Assembly: GCA_963662465.1 (NCBI GenBank) | Contig: OY759599.1 | Coordinates: forward strand, 6,976,001-7,040,000 | From: Desulfatiglandales bacterium | Lineage (GTDB): Bacteria > Desulfobacterota > DSM-4660 > Desulfatiglandales > Desulfatiglandaceae | Direction: 5' to 3' | DNA length: 64,000 bases | Shown: one piece after another, positions 42,215-53,806 of the stretch | Numbering within the stretch: the first letter of the stretch is position 1 | Layout: every line of letters starts with the position of its first letter | Notes under the pieces: generated by a model | The model's input: the letters and a program-made list of their open reading frames with translations, nothing else | Told to the model about the DNA's origin: nothing | Databases searched by the model: none | Program-made: the position numbers and the translations under genes

Positions 42215-42976
42215 ATGCCCCGCGCCAACCGACATTTTATCCCCGGCTATATTTGGCATATCACCCATCGATGCCATAAGAAAGAGTTTCTTCTAAAATT
42301 TGACAAGGACAAAAGTCGCTGGTTATGGTGGCTATTTGAGGCGAAGAAGCGCTATGGAACGTGTATCTTGGATTACATGGTTACATCGAATCACATCCAT
42401 CTCTTGCTGTACGATATAGCTGATAGGGAATGCATTCCGAGAACAATTCAGCTGATTGCGGGCAGAACAGGGCAGGAATTCAACCAAAGAAAACGCCGTA
42501 AGGGCGCCTTTTGGGAAGACCGTTACCATGCGACTGCAGTTGAATCCCGTGAGCATTTAACCCAATGCATTTTATACATCGATCTCAATATGGTCCGAGC
42601 TGGAGTGGTGAGCCACCCATTGGAGTGGGGGCGTTTTAGCGGTTACAACGAAATTCAGAACCCTAAAGAGAGATACTCGCTCATTGATCACGCACAATTG
42701 GTGACTCTTCTCGGCAAGGAGGGCATAGATGAACTCATTGATTCGCACGCCACTTGGGTGGATGAAGCCGTGAATCAGGGAAACAAGCCACGTGAGGTCA
42801 AGTGGATGGAAAGCATCGCGGTTGGAAGCAAAGAGTTCGTGGAAAAGATCAAAGAAAAGCTGGGGGCCTTATTTCTGAGTCGTAAGGTGGAAGGGGAAGA
42901 AGGCCGGTATGAACTCCACGATCCACAACGCCCCTACAGGCTTACAGAGAATTCCTTTCCATGGCGGGATCTTTAG
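42215..42976 (+). CDS. RAYT type B Y1 HUH transposase, intact
   Basis: WHITHRCH, SNHIHLL (HUH), AFWEDRY, YIDLNMVRAG; followed by site B at 42999-43104. Confidence 0.92.
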   Translation: MPRANRHFIPGYIWHITHRCHKKEFLLKFDKDKSRWLWWLFEAKKRYGTCILDYMVTSNHIHLLLYDIADRECIPRTIQLIAGRTGQEFNQRKRRKGAFWEDRYHATAVESREHLTQCILYIDLNMVRAGVVSHPLEWGRFSGYNEIQNPKERYSLIDHAQLVTLLGKEGIDELIDSHATWVDEAVNQGNKPREVKWMESIAVGSKEFVEKIKEKLGALFLSRKVEGEEGRYELHDPQRPYRLTENSFPWRDL

Positions 42977-43361
42977 CGAAAACTTTCAGCAGCTCTTTCT
43001 TAAAACCCGCTTTTTAGGGGCAAAAAGGGGGTTTTAAGGCTCTAAAACAAGCTTCTTTTTGTGGTTATCGTAGTTATTACAAGTTGTTGCTGAGGTCCGA
43101 CCCCAAGAAAAATTTGCAAACCCCAAGAAAACAATAAAATTGAAATTCTCATCCGTCCCCCATTGCGCCAAAATTATTACAGAAAACATCCTAACCCCTG
43201 CGGCTTTCCGCTTCGGGTGCCTTTGTAATCCGGCTTGTCGAAGATGCCGAAATGCGGTGTCCCGTGAAATTGACGAAGTCAAGAGCGGAGCTCATTAGGA
43301 TAGCTTGCCCGATCCCAGCCCCCCAATGGATGCCCCCCTTATGATGTGTAAGCCCTAATGC

Positions 43362-43400
43362 TTGACAGCTTCCAAAACGATGTGTATACATGATGCATAT
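43362..43400 (+). promoter_or_regulatory. vapBC promoter with palindromic operator
   Basis: TTGACA-17-TATACA overlapping the palindrome TGTATACA. Confidence 0.6.
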
Positions 43401-43422
43401 CCATTGCGCTGCAGGAGGTGCT

Positions 43423-43653
43423 ATGAATACAGCCAAAATCTTTAGGAGCGGAAATTCTCAGGCAGTACGCTTGCCAAAAGATTTCCAGTTTAATGTATCT
43501 GAAGTCGAGATTTATCGCAGGGGGGATGAGGTGGTCCTGCGAAAGAAGCTTCAGAATCTATCCAGGGTTTTTGACCTGCTAACCGACATGTCCGATGATT
43601 TCATGGAAGACGGTCGTAATCAGCCTCCCATGCAGGAGAGAGAACCGTTTTGA
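43423..43653 (+). CDS. vapB: VapB (AbrB-type) antitoxin
   Basis: TAKIFRSGNSQAVRLPK.F. Confidence 0.92.
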   Translation: MNTAKIFRSGNSQAVRLPKDFQFNVSEVEIYRRGDEVVLRKKLQNLSRVFDLLTDMSDDFMEDGRNQPPMQEREPF

Positions 43654-44054
43654 TATATATGTTGGACACGGACATTTGCATTTACACGATCAAACGCAAA
43701 CCAAGCAGTGTTGTGAATCGACTTGAACAGCTTAAGCCTGGCGAACTTGCAATGTCTGCCATCACTTTTGCGGAGTTGGTGAATGGGGCAAAGAAAAGCA
43801 AGTATGTTGAAGCAAATATGGAGCGGCTCAATGCCTTGGGTGAATTGATCGACGTCCGACCGTTTGATAAACAGGCTGCCCTTTTTTACGGAAGTGTTCG
43901 CTCCAGCCTTGAGAAGAGAGGAGAAGTGATCGGCGGAAACGATCTCTTGATAGCGGCTCATGCACTAAGTCTCAACTGGACCCTGGTTACGAATAACGAA
44001 AAGGAATTCAGACGGGTTGAAGGATTGAGAGTTGAAAATTGGGTCGATGCATAA
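43650..44054 (+). CDS. vapC: VapC PIN toxin
   Basis: YMLDTDICIY, DLLIAAHA, LVTNNEKEF.RV.GL..ENW. Confidence 0.93.
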   Translation: MIYMLDTDICIYTIKRKPSSVVNRLEQLKPGELAMSAITFAELVNGAKKSKYVEANMERLNALGELIDVRPFDKQAALFYGSVRSSLEKRGEVIGGNDLLIAAHALSLNWTLVTNNEKEFRRVEGLRVENWVDA

Positions 44055-44580
44055 TCGTGTTGATTTACAAAAGAAAATCCAGTGAGTTAAGTCCAGAATC
44101 GTCTCTTGCTCCTTCGGTTTTGTGCGGTTTCTGTCATCTGTCAGCTGAACGCTGCGATCTGTTTTTCCGGCCCTTCGACCTCTGACTTCTGGTTCTTAAA
44201 GGCCTCTTTTTGACCCCCAAAAGGGGTGTTTAAGGTCCAGAAACCCCCTGTATTGTGGGGTAACATGCCGATATTAAGGGATTCAGCTTGGTCCGATCCC
44301 CAATCCAACCCCTGCCTTCCCCGTGAAACCTCTTTTGTATTTGTTTCACCGGAGCTTCATCGGGCTGCTAAAAAAGAGCAGTGGAATAGTAGCAGCGTTC
44401 CCCACGTCCCCCGTTGAACTAAATACCTGCCTATGGGAGGCAAACGCTCCGGATTCCTTTTCTCCGTTTTCTTAAAGGCGCCTTTTTGGGGTCAAAAAGC
44501 GTGTTTTAAGGTTGATTTTTGGGTTTTTTTTAGGCTTAACCTATTGAATAAATGGGAATGTTCCTGGTCCGACCCCGACC

Positions 44581-44783
44581 CTGCATCAGAGATTGCAAAA
44601 GCTCTTAAAAAGGCAGGCTTTCGGCTTGAGCGACAAAAGGGAAGCCACGCAAGATTTGAACATGAAGACGGACGAACAACAACTGTACCTATTCACGCGG
44701 GCCAAGATATCGGCAGAGGCCTTTTTAGAAAAATTCTTCGCGATATTGAAATGAGCTTCGACGAGTTTAGAGAATTTCTATAA
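44581..44783 (+). pseudogene. HicA toxin, 5'-truncated at site B
   Basis: AL.K.GF...RQKGSH..F.H.DGR.T.VP.H; native start is missing. Confidence 0.82.
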
Positions 44784-45256
44784 TATCCAAGTGTCTATGG
44801 GAACATCGGAATTGGAAGAGTATGTTCACAACGTTCTCCATTGGCTATCCCCTCCGAAGGACTGTGTGCAGTAAAAATTCAGTTGCCTGAATTCTTACTG
44901 CGACAACAAGAAAAAAACAGTGGAATCCGTGTCATCCGCCGTGCCCCGTTGAACCAGGTCCCCTTTCAGGGTGTTCAACTGGGGTGCCAAAAAAAGACTA
45001 ACGACCTCCCTTATTAAGAGTCAAGCAAAGACTTGACCCTTATGTTGCGTGCCAAAATCTTGAGTTACTGAATTACAAATGGACGTCCCCCAGATTCCCT
45101 CAAGTTCAAGTATGATGAGTGCTTGGAAAAACGATGATATCACGGCAGAGGAGATTTTTGATGCCTGATATCGGCGCCCTTGCTTTGGTGAAACATGAAT
45201 ACAGCGATAAAATAGTGGAATAGTGGCAACGTCCCCCATTACACGGATGAACTGAT

Positions 45257-45805
45257 ATGAGCGAAATGGTAAAATTTGAAGAACTGCAAAACCTTATCAT
45301 CGAAATCAGGGAACAAAAGGTTTTGCTCGACGCTGATGTTGCTCAAATTTACGGTGTAGAAACAAGAGACATTAATAAAGCGGTTGCCAACAACCCTGAA
45401 AAATTTCCATCGGGTTATGTTTTTGAAGTCTCTAAAGAGGAAAAAGATGAACTGGTGGAAAATTTCCACCGGTTCAACCGACTGAAGCATTCCACCGTGA
45501 AACCGAAAGCCTTCCCGGAAAAAGGTTTGTACATGCTCGCAACGATCCTCAAGAGTCCGCAAGCGGTACGGGCGACGCTGGCAATTATTGAAACTTTTTC
45601 GAAGATGAGAAAGCTGTCAAGTAATATCAAAGCGCTTTCAAAAATCAGTGAAAAGGATGAGCAGCAGAGCCTTATGAAAAAGAGTGGTGAAATTATCGCT
45701 GAGCTCCTGGACGAAGATCTTGAAACATCGGAAACGGAAACATCCATAGAATTGAATTTTGCAGTCTTGAAGTTCAAGCACCTGGTGAAAAAGAAGAACA
45801 AATGA
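45257..45805 (+). CDS. ORF6N (KilA-N-like) DNA-binding protein
   Basis: IREQKVLLD.DVA.IYGVET..IN.AV..N..KFP, EKGLYMLATILKS. Confidence 0.88.
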   Translation: MSEMVKFEELQNLIIEIREQKVLLDADVAQIYGVETRDINKAVANNPEKFPSGYVFEVSKEEKDELVENFHRFNRLKHSTVKPKAFPEKGLYMLATILKSPQAVRATLAIIETFSKMRKLSSNIKALSKISEKDEQQSLMKKSGEIIAELLDEDLETSETETSIELNFAVLKFKHLVKKKNK

Positions 45806-45918
45806 CAAAGGTCTGCCTAGATTCAATAGCCCTTTGTTTCGAAAATTTTGTCATTATGCTTTTGTAAAAAGCCCTTAAAAAAAATCCTGTAAAATCCTGT
45901 AAATCCTGTCTAAAAAAA

Positions 45919-46326
45919 ATGGAACAAGAAGACCTGACCCACAAAATTATCGGCTGTGCCTACAAAGTATACAACAGACTGGGCTTCGGCTTCCTGGAAA
46001 GCATCTACCACAAAGCCATGCTGATCGAACTCGCAAGGGCCGGACTAAAAGCAGAATCTGAAAAAGGCTTAACCGTTCATTATGATGAGATGGTTATTGG
46101 AGAGTTCTCAGCCGACATATTTGTGGAAAATGAAATCATCGTAGAACTCAAAGCGGTTGAGCGGCTGATGAAAGTGCATGAAGTGCAAGTGGTGAACTAC
46201 CTAACAGCATCGAAAAATGAAATTGGCCTCCTAATAAACTTCGGCCCAACAGGCGTCAAAGTCACCCGCAAATACCGAAAATCCCTCAAACAGGCACAAA
46301 GAATCAACCCAAAAAAAATCCTGTAA
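45919..46326 (+). CDS. GxxExxY protein
   Basis: LGFGFLESIY, IIVELKA, Q.VNYL, GLLINFG; motif D on both sides. Confidence 0.92.
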   Translation: MEQEDLTHKIIGCAYKVYNRLGFGFLESIYHKAMLIELARAGLKAESEKGLTVHYDEMVIGEFSADIFVENEIIVELKAVERLMKVHEVQVVNYLTASKNEIGLLINFGPTGVKVTRKYRKSLKQAQRINPKKIL

Positions 46327-46529
46327 AATCCTGTAAATCCTGTCTAAAAAAAAAGCCCAAAAGCAACCCGCAAATACCCAAAAAACCCTCAGACAGGATC
46401 AAAGAATCAACCAGAAAAAGAAACCCAAAAAAAATCCTGTAAAATCCTGTAAATCCTGTCTAAAAAAAATACAAAAAATTGTATCCAGTCAGAAACTGGG
46501 CACCTAAATTCTCACTGCAAAAAAAACCG

Positions 46530-46558
46530 TTGACATCTTCCCCGTCTTCGCCTAGTGT
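46530..46558 (+). promoter_or_regulatory. Sigma70-like promoter of MarR (second copy 60668-60696)
   Basis: TTGACA-17-TAGTGT, ATG 7 nt downstream. Confidence 0.6.
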
Positions 46559-46565
46559 TCGCCCC

Positions 46566-46951
46566 ATGAACCATCTTTACGAACAAGAAATACGCTACAA
46601 AGTCCTGAAACTCCTGGCATCCAAGGCCAATCTCTCCCAGCGGGAAATGGCCAAACGAATGGGTATCAGCCTGGGGAAAACCAACTATGTCCTCACGGAA
46701 CTGGCCAACAAAGGCATCATCAAAATAAAACGTTTCAAAAGCGCCCCCAGCAAAATCCTTACACCTACACGCTGACGCCCCAAGGCCTTGAAGAGAAGGC
46801 CAAAATAACCCTAAAATTCCTGAAACGGAAACTCTCTGAATACGAAGAGATCAAGCGACAGATAAAAGAGATTGCAAAAGAAGCCGAAAAAGACAAAGTT
46901 CTCGATTACACAGGCGCCGACACAAACGAAGTATTGGTTCAAATCATTTAA
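46566..46951 (+). pseudogene. EPS-associated MarR regulator, 1-bp frameshift
   Basis: Near-identical to 60704-61090; one base lost near 46755. Confidence 0.88.
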
Positions 46952-47168
46952 CGAAAGAAAACACTTATTCCAACCATATAAATGATTTTCCGTTATGGAA
47001 ATCAAGGAGCGGAGCCGTCTCCGAAGGCTGAGTCCCCCGAGAATTCGGGTGCCTGAATTTTAATGCAACACCCCTTTGCTCCAACAATCATCAATAGTCA
47101 ATATTCAATCTCAATGGGTGCCCCATTGCGCAACATTATTGCCACGACCCTAAGAGAGGAGGTTTAAA

Positions 47169-47411
47169 ATGTTAACGATAAATGGAGTATATGACAAGGG
47201 GAAGATTGAGTTGTTAAAGGGAGTTCCGATTAAAGGAAAAAGAAGCGTGATTGTCGTTTTCCTTGATGAACCTGTTCCGGACACTTATCGTGGATTGGAG
47301 ATAGACCCAATCAGAGCTTTAAGAGGTTGTGCAAAAGGTATAAACTTGACCCAGAAATTGTTGGAATCCCGGAGAGAGGATTTAAACCTTGAAGAATCAA
47401 AATGGGGATGA
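47169..47411 (+). CDS. Putative antitoxin
   Basis: GVYDKGKIEL.......V.V.FL, LRG.AKG..LT..LL..R; overlaps a PIN gene. Confidence 0.78.
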   Translation: MLTINGVYDKGKIELLKGVPIKGKRSVIVVFLDEPVPDTYRGLEIDPIRALRGCAKGINLTQKLLESRREDLNLEESKWG

Positions 47412-47817
47412 TAAGGGTTACGTTCTTGACAGTTCCGCCTTCTTAACCTTTTTTGAAGATGAAAAAGGAGCAGATACTGTCCAAGAACTACTTGAAATGG
47501 CAAAGAAAGATGAGCTTGTTATTTTTGTCTGTTTTGCCACTTTTACTGAAGTTTTCTATATCACATTTCGAGAGCAGGGACGAGAAGAAGCTCAGAAGCG
47601 AGTTGAATTGATGGCCAAACTTGCGATAACAAGAATTGAATCTTCAGAAGAGATTGGCTTAATAGCCGGAAGATTAAAGGCGACCCATAAACTCTCCTTT
47701 GCCGACGCATGGATAGCAGCAACAGCAATTTTGTATGCTTCAACCCTCGTGCATAAAGACCCTGAATTCGAGCAGTTGGAAGATGAGATAGAAATCTTAA
47801 AGTTGCCTTATAAATGA
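47389..47817 (+). CDS. VapC PIN toxin
   Basis: YVLDSSA, LSFADAWIAA, LVHKDPEF. Confidence 0.9.
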   Translation: MKNQNGDDKGYVLDSSAFLTFFEDEKGADTVQELLEMAKKDELVIFVCFATFTEVFYITFREQGREEAQKRVELMAKLAITRIESSEEIGLIAGRLKATHKLSFADAWIAATAILYASTLVHKDPEFEQLEDEIEILKLPYK

Positions 47818-48444
47818 ATAAAGCAGCAAAAGCACCAACGTCCCCCATTACATTACATAATCTGTATGCTTTTCTGTGAACTTCGTGCCTTTGTGGTTTG
47901 TTTTCAGTGGTAACGCAGTTAAGTAGCAACGTCCTTCATTCCCGACCTACGTTTTTTCTACATAGACTTTTTTCTTGACAGGGGTATTATAGGATCTTAT
48001 CGTTCGCGTTTTAAAAATAAGTTCTGCAAATTTTGCCGAGGAGGCAGGCAGCACTTACTTGGCGGAACAACATCTCCACGATAAAATACGATATCAGAGG
48101 CATTGGTAGTACATCCCCGGTAAGGATACAGGCCCATAAGGGGAACAGGAACGAGCGCCTTGATAGATTGATTCGAAATTGTCGTAATTCATAGCTATTA
48201 TTATTTTTTAATGGATTCAAAAACAATACGATAACATGCTGGAATAACGATGGACATTCACAGCTGTTTGTATTATGTTAGTTTCCCAACATTACAACCA
48301 CTTGAAATAACAGGGGAACTATATGAACCGACATGTGACGCATGTGTTCATTTTCGCATCAGTGTGTTTTTTGGTTTGGTTTTGCAGTTTTTCAAAGGTG
48401 CAGGCATCACCTGTTTCAGCAGGTACTGGAAATAATATAAATGC

Positions 48445-50242
48445 CAGCAATTCCCGCTTAGATTCTAAAGGCGCTAGGACAGTACCTTTTGGCATTTCCT
48501 TTTCGTAAAGCTTTACGTTGAATGAATAGCCTGAAAAGGCTTTTTTCTCCAATTTTTAAAATAAAACAGGAATTTTTTTGGCAATTCTCAGAAAAAGCTG
48601 GACTTTCAGATCAACTTGGCCGATGATTACTGCCTATGGGAATCAGAAGCCAAAAAGGAAGAAAAGAGAGAGGCAAGATTGGAGTTCGCAAGCATCTTAA
48701 TGCAGATGCAATTTTCAAGCGTCTGCATAAAGATTTTTCTGAAGTCTCTGACTGCCGTGAGGATCCCGATATTACTATTGCGGATGCCTTGATGTCCGGG
48801 TTTGCAATGTTTTCGCTCAAGGAGCCATCGTTGCTTGCCTTTGATGAAAGAAGAAAAACCGATAGTAATCTTGGGAACATATACCATATTGGAAAGATCC
48901 CATGTGACAGTACGATGCGCACCATTCTTGATGAAGTGCTCGCAGAAGAACTTCGGAAACCGTATAGGAATATCTTCTGGGAACTGCAAAGGGGAAAGGT
49001 GCTTGAACGTATGGTATTTTTCGAAGGTTGTTATCTTCTATCTTTGGATGGAACGGGTTTCTTCTCATCGAAGAAACTTTCCTCTGATAGTTGTTTGGTA
49101 AAAGTATCGAAAAAAACCGGCGAAAAAACCTATTATCAGCAGATGTTGGGGGCAGCAATTGTCCATCCGGATTTCAAAGAGGTCATTCCGCTTGCTCCGG
49201 AATTCATAGTCAAGCAGGATGGCCAAAGCAAGAACGACTGTGAGCGTAATGCCGCGAAACGTTTCTTGCAAAAGCTAAAAGAGGAGCATCCCCATCTGCC
49301 TATCATTATAACAGAGGACGCGTTAAGTTCGAATGCACCCCACATTGAAGAAATACAAAAGCAAAATTTTCATTATATTCTGGGAGTTAAAAAAGGAGAT
49401 CACCATTTCTTGTTTAATCACGTCGAACAAGCGCGGATAAATGGTGACGTCACTGAATTCGAATTGGTCGATAAAGAGGATCCGGAAAAAATACATCGTT
49501 TCCGATTTATTAACCAGGTACCTCTCAATGCCTCTAACAAGAATATGCTGGTTAACTTTCTGGAATATTGGGAAATTACACCGAAAAAAACAAAACATTT
49601 TAGTTGGGTGACAGATTTTTTAATAGGAAAGGACAATGCATACCAGCTAATGCGAGGCGGCCGTGCGAGATGGAAGATCGAAAATGAAACCTTCAATACT
49701 CTTAAGAACCAAGGATATCATTTTGAACACAACTACGGGCTCGGCAAGAAGAATCTGAGTGTTGTTTTTGCGATGCTCATGATGCTGGCATTCTTGGTGG
49801 ATCAAACTCAACAGCTTTGTTGCCCTCTATTTATAGCCGCATGGCATAAACTCGGCTCAAAAAGGGAATTGTGGGAACGGATGAGAGCTTTGTTTAGAGA
49901 TTTTGAATTCAAATCGATGAGGATGCTCTATGAAGCCCTCTATTATGGCGTAAAGTTTCAAGCGCCAGTTATTCTATATAACAGTGGTTAAATTTGTCAT
50001 GCCCAAGTTCGCATACAAAAATGCTCTCATTAATAAAAAACTGGAGATTCCGGAAATGGATATCTCTGCCCTAACTCGTGCTTTTATGCTCTTACTCTTG
50101 TCAAAGAAGCTCAACCTGCAAGAAATCGAGGGAGGTAATAGTGGATTTAATACAATTTTTCTGAAAAGGATCTGATCTCAGGGTTTGTTTTTGAAATATG
50201 TTTTTCAAACTCTGTGAGTAAATTCTTGACCGGGAATTGCTG
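48445..50242 (+). mobile_element. Complete 1798-bp IS (inner layer)
   Basis: 12-bp IR CAGCAATTCCCG / CGGGAATTGCTG; 9-bp TSD TATAAATGC. Confidence 0.92.
48636..49991 (+). CDS. DDE transposase (ISNCY/IS4-like; family uncertain)
   Basis: SLDGTG, KNDCERNAAKR, TEDAL, GRARWKIENETFNTLK. Confidence 0.88.
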   Translation: MGIRSQKGRKERGKIGVRKHLNADAIFKRLHKDFSEVSDCREDPDITIADALMSGFAMFSLKEPSLLAFDERRKTDSNLGNIYHIGKIPCDSTMRTILDEVLAEELRKPYRNIFWELQRGKVLERMVFFEGCYLLSLDGTGFFSSKKLSSDSCLVKVSKKTGEKTYYQQMLGAAIVHPDFKEVIPLAPEFIVKQDGQSKNDCERNAAKRFLQKLKEEHPHLPIIITEDALSSNAPHIEEIQKQNFHYILGVKKGDHHFLFNHVEQARINGDVTEFELVDKEDPEKIHRFRFINQVPLNASNKNMLVNFLEYWEITPKKTKHFSWVTDFLIGKDNAYQLMRGGRARWKIENETFNTLKNQGYHFEHNYGLGKKNLSVVFAMLMMLAFLVDQTQQLCCPLFIAAWHKLGSKRELWERMRALFRDFEFKSMRMLYEALYYGVKFQAPVILYNSG

Positions 50243-50251
50243 TATAAATGC

Positions 50252-52229
50252 CGGTGCATCATCAAATCAACAAACTGGTCAATCTGAAAATCAACCCAGA
50301 CCTTTCGGTCAGAAGAATGATCGGCAGAAAATCCCAAAGCTTGAACGAAACAGGCTGGAAGAAGGTAAAAAATCAGCACCTGTAAGGAAACGAAAAAAAA
50401 AGAAAAAATCAAATAAAACGAAAACTGCCAAGAAAAAGCGTGAGGGAACTCTATCATCGGATGATGATGCCTCTCACATTGCAAACAAAAGGAAAAAGGT
50501 CAAAAAGATTAACGTTACAGCAGAAAGAGTTGACGATATACCCCTATTGATAAAGGCCATGGTGAAAATGGGTATACAAGAAGCTATAGACCAACACATC
50601 CCAGTTCAAAAGAACCAAAGAGATTTGAGCTGGGGATGGACGGCTGTTATATGGTTGGCATATATGTTATCGGAGGGAGACCATCGCAAAGTAGTCGTCC
50701 GGGAATATGTATCTGGAATGCGGCATACCTTAATCGAATTAACAGGATTGATAATCTCCGAAAATGATTTCACAGACGATCGTTTAGCGAATCTTGCCAG
50801 GTATTTAAGCGATAACGATATTTGGAGCAAAGTTGAAGAGAGAATAAGTGGCAATACGATTGAAGCATATGAGTTGCCGGAAGAAACTGTCAGGGTTGAT
50901 GCTACGACTGTATCCGGCTACCACAAAACAGTTGAAGGTGGGATATTCCAATTTGGTGTTAGTAAAGACGACCCCAATAGACCGCAAATAAAAATCATGA
51001 CGGGTTCGCTGGATCCTCTTGGGATGCCGTTAGCCACGGATGTTGTTCCAGGGCAAATGGCCGATGACAAATTGTATGCACCTATCATAAGTCGCATTCA
51101 CTCTATGCTCCAGAAACAAGGTGTCCTTTATGTGGGCGATTGCAAACTGAGTTCTCTTGAAAATCGTTTACACATTAAGGAAAAAGCGGAAGGACATTAC
51201 TTATGTCCATTGCCTAATACTGGGAAAACCCCAGAATATATGGAGAAATGGATAGATGAAGGAAATTTGAAAGACAAAAAGAACGAGTTGATAAAGTACA
51301 TCGTCCAAGACGATAAAGGTCAAGAGGAACTGAAAGCAAAAGGGTATGAGATAGAGCGTAACCAATCTGGTGAAATAAATGGAAAAGTGCTGAAATGGAA
51401 GGAACGCGTATTGATTGTAAAATCACCAGCGTATGAAAAGCAAAAAGAACTGGGATTGGAACGACGGCTTAAAAGCGCCGAGGAAAAATTATATGCTCTG
51501 ACACCACCAAGAGGCCCGGGGAAAAGGCAGATCAAAGAAAGAGAAAAATTAATAGAATCAGCAAAATCGATTTTGAAAAAACATAGGGTGAAAGATTTCC
51601 TTAAATATGAATATGTGCGGGAAGTAGAAAGTAAAACGAAATATATTGGTAAAGGTAGAGGGAGTGTCAAAAGAGAGAAAAAGGTTGAAGAAAGAATACG
51701 TTATCAAATAACAAAAGTGACACGGATTAAGGAAGCAATAGATGCGGAGAAGAAGAAGTATGGGTGGAAGGCCTATGTTACAGATGTATCAAAGGAGCGA
51801 CTTGATTTTATTGATGTAGTTAGGTCTTATCGAAAACAATACCGGGTTGAACGAATATTTAACCGACTGAAAAGTAGGCTAAACATCGCTCCATTTTACG
51901 TAAAAAGGGAAGATCAAGTTAAAGGAATAACGCATCTTCTGATGATAGGAGTCAGGGTAATTACTCTGGTTGAATTTGTTGTTCGCCGCTCATTAGCAAG
52001 AAGCGACGAAAAGCTTGTTGGATTGCACCTGGGAAATCCCAAGAAAGCTACGAACAATCCAACGTGTGAGAAGCTATTAAATGCTTTCAGCAAAATTACA
52101 TTAACGATAATTGAAACAGGAGATAGTGTGATAAGACATCTAACCCCACTTTCTCAATTGCAACGTGAAATTCTAAAACACTTTGGACTTAGCACTTCTA
52201 TATACGATAATTTAGAAGTTATGCAATAG
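50252..52229 (+). CDS. IS1634 family transposase; 5' part at 48323-48444 separated by the inner IS
   Basis: ERVDDIPLL, RVDATT, FGVSKD..RPQ, YVGDCK, YR.QY.VER.F..LK. Confidence 0.88.
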
Positions 52230-52613
52230 TAAAATATTATCGTCATAGTCCTTACAGGTTGTCACAATTGAAATACAGATTTTACGACAATTTATATGAT
52301 TGTTGGAGATATGGAACGATGGTGTTTTACGCACGATCCATTCCATTTTCTGCCCTATTGTGTTGTTCCAATATTCGACGTGTGTTGTTTTTCAGGCTTT
52401 ACTAACCCATGGATGCATGTTGCTCAAAAAGACTCCTGGTAGGCTTTCCGGAAATAACTTTTCCCCCTGCCAAGAGAGGTACCCTCTACCAGATTTCGAA
52501 ATTAATCGAAGTGCAAATTTAAAACGCGAACGATAAGTAGGATGTCCCCTATTACGGGGTTTTCCATGGTCCGACCCCAATCCACCATTGTCTGAACCGG
52601 CAAGGAGTTTGAA

Positions 52614-52880
52614 ATGCAAACCATTACATATGATAAAGCGTCGCAAAATTTGAAGAGCGTTATCCTTAGAGCCGTGAGGGATAAAGAGGAAACGGTTATT
52701 GCAAGTGATGAAGGGTCCGTTATTATCTTAGACGAAATTGAATGGTCACATATCAAGGAAACGCTTCGTCTTTTAGGCGACAAAAAATCATTGGCCGCTT
52801 TGGTAGAGTCTCATGCCATTCGTGACAGAGGTGGAAGACCTGAAGGGGTCGACCCGGAAGACGCCTTCAAAGATGTATAA
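52614..52880 (+). CDS. YefM/Phd antitoxin
   Basis: ITY..ASQNL..V.....D.E..VI, W..IKETL.LL. Confidence 0.85.
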   Translation: MQTITYDKASQNLKSVILRAVRDKEETVIASDEGSVIILDEIEWSHIKETLRLLGDKKSLAALVESHAIRDRGGRPEGVDPEDAFKDV

Positions 52881-53139
52881 GATAATCATTTCCAAAAATG
52901 CTCAGAAAGATTTATCCTGGTTTAGAAAGAACGATAGAAGCAGTTATATAAAATGCTTCGATTTGGTGAGAGAGGTCATGCAAAATCCAAGGGGTGGCAC
53001 AGGAAAACCTGAACGTCTGAAGTACTTCGAAAAAGAAGTCTATAGTCGCCGTATCAATCATAAAGACCGTATGATTTATACCATTTATGAAGGTTTAAAT
53101 GAAATAGACATCACTTCTTTCCGCGGTCATTATGAATAG
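52873..53139 (+). CDS. Txe/YoeB toxin
   Basis: GTGKPERLK....YSRRI..KDR.IY, RGHY. Confidence 0.92.
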   Translation: MYKIIISKNAQKDLSWFRKNDRSSYIKCFDLVREVMQNPRGGTGKPERLKYFEKEVYSRRINHKDRMIYTIYEGLNEIDITSFRGHYE

Positions 53140-53572
53140 CCCCAGCGCAACTCTGCTTTTTTGTGAACTTCGTGCCTTTGTGGTTTGTTTTCAGCGGTAA
53201 CGCAGTTAAGTAGCAACGTCCCCCATTTCTCTATCTTATTTATCACTCAATAACATCATTTTCAATCAATTTTGCAAGCCTCATGTGTTATATACATAAC
53301 ACATGAATTTGACCTTGTCCGGGACAATCTTTTCCTCCTATTATTTGTGAAGTTGCCCCTCTGGCCGCTTCACACATTAAACCCTGAAAACTTGGTTTTT
53401 TAGTGCGAAATGTAAGGTTTAAGGGCAAAAATGAGGCTTCTTTTGGGAAGTTCAGTAAGTAATTCGACGAGTTGCTGAGGTTCGACCCCAATACCTTCCA
53501 AAAGTCCCCCATAACATTGTCCCTTTACAATTAAATTACCTCAGTATTCACATTAAAAGCGGGGTACGCGAA

Positions 53573-53806
53573 ATGATGAGAGCGAATTTTACAATAAGGC
53601 TGAACGAACTTGACGCTGACCTCATTAAGAAGCTTAAGGGCTTTTTTCGGGATGATAATATCGTTGAGATTAATGTCTTCGATGAAGTGGATGAAACTCA
53701 GTATCTGTTTTCTACAGCGGCTAACCGGGAGTCATTGTACCGGTCCCTTGAGGAATTCAAGAAGGGGGAGTTTGTCCATAAGCAACCCCACGAGCTTTCG
53801 GCGTGA
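53573..53806 (+). CDS. Putative antitoxin (YefM C-terminal-like)
   Basis: DETQYLFST.ANRE.L..SL.E. Confidence 0.75.
   Translation: MMRANFTIRLNELDADLIKKLKGFFRDDNIVEINVFDEVDETQYLFSTAANRESLYRSLEEFKKGEFVHKQPHELSA

Larger units (their letters stand above)
48171..52297 (+). mobile_element. IS1634-family element (middle layer)
   Basis: IR core AAATTGTCGTAA / TTACGACAATTT; candidate 5-bp TSD GATTG; exact ends uncertain by a few nt. Confidence 0.7.
47996..52537. mobile_element. Outer element of a nested insertion (MITE-like, ~0.4 kb when empty)
   Basis: Perfect 20-bp IR CTTATCGTTCGCGTTTTAAA (47996-48015 / 52518-52537); TSD TAGGAT (47990-47995 / 52538-52543). Confidence 0.88.
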
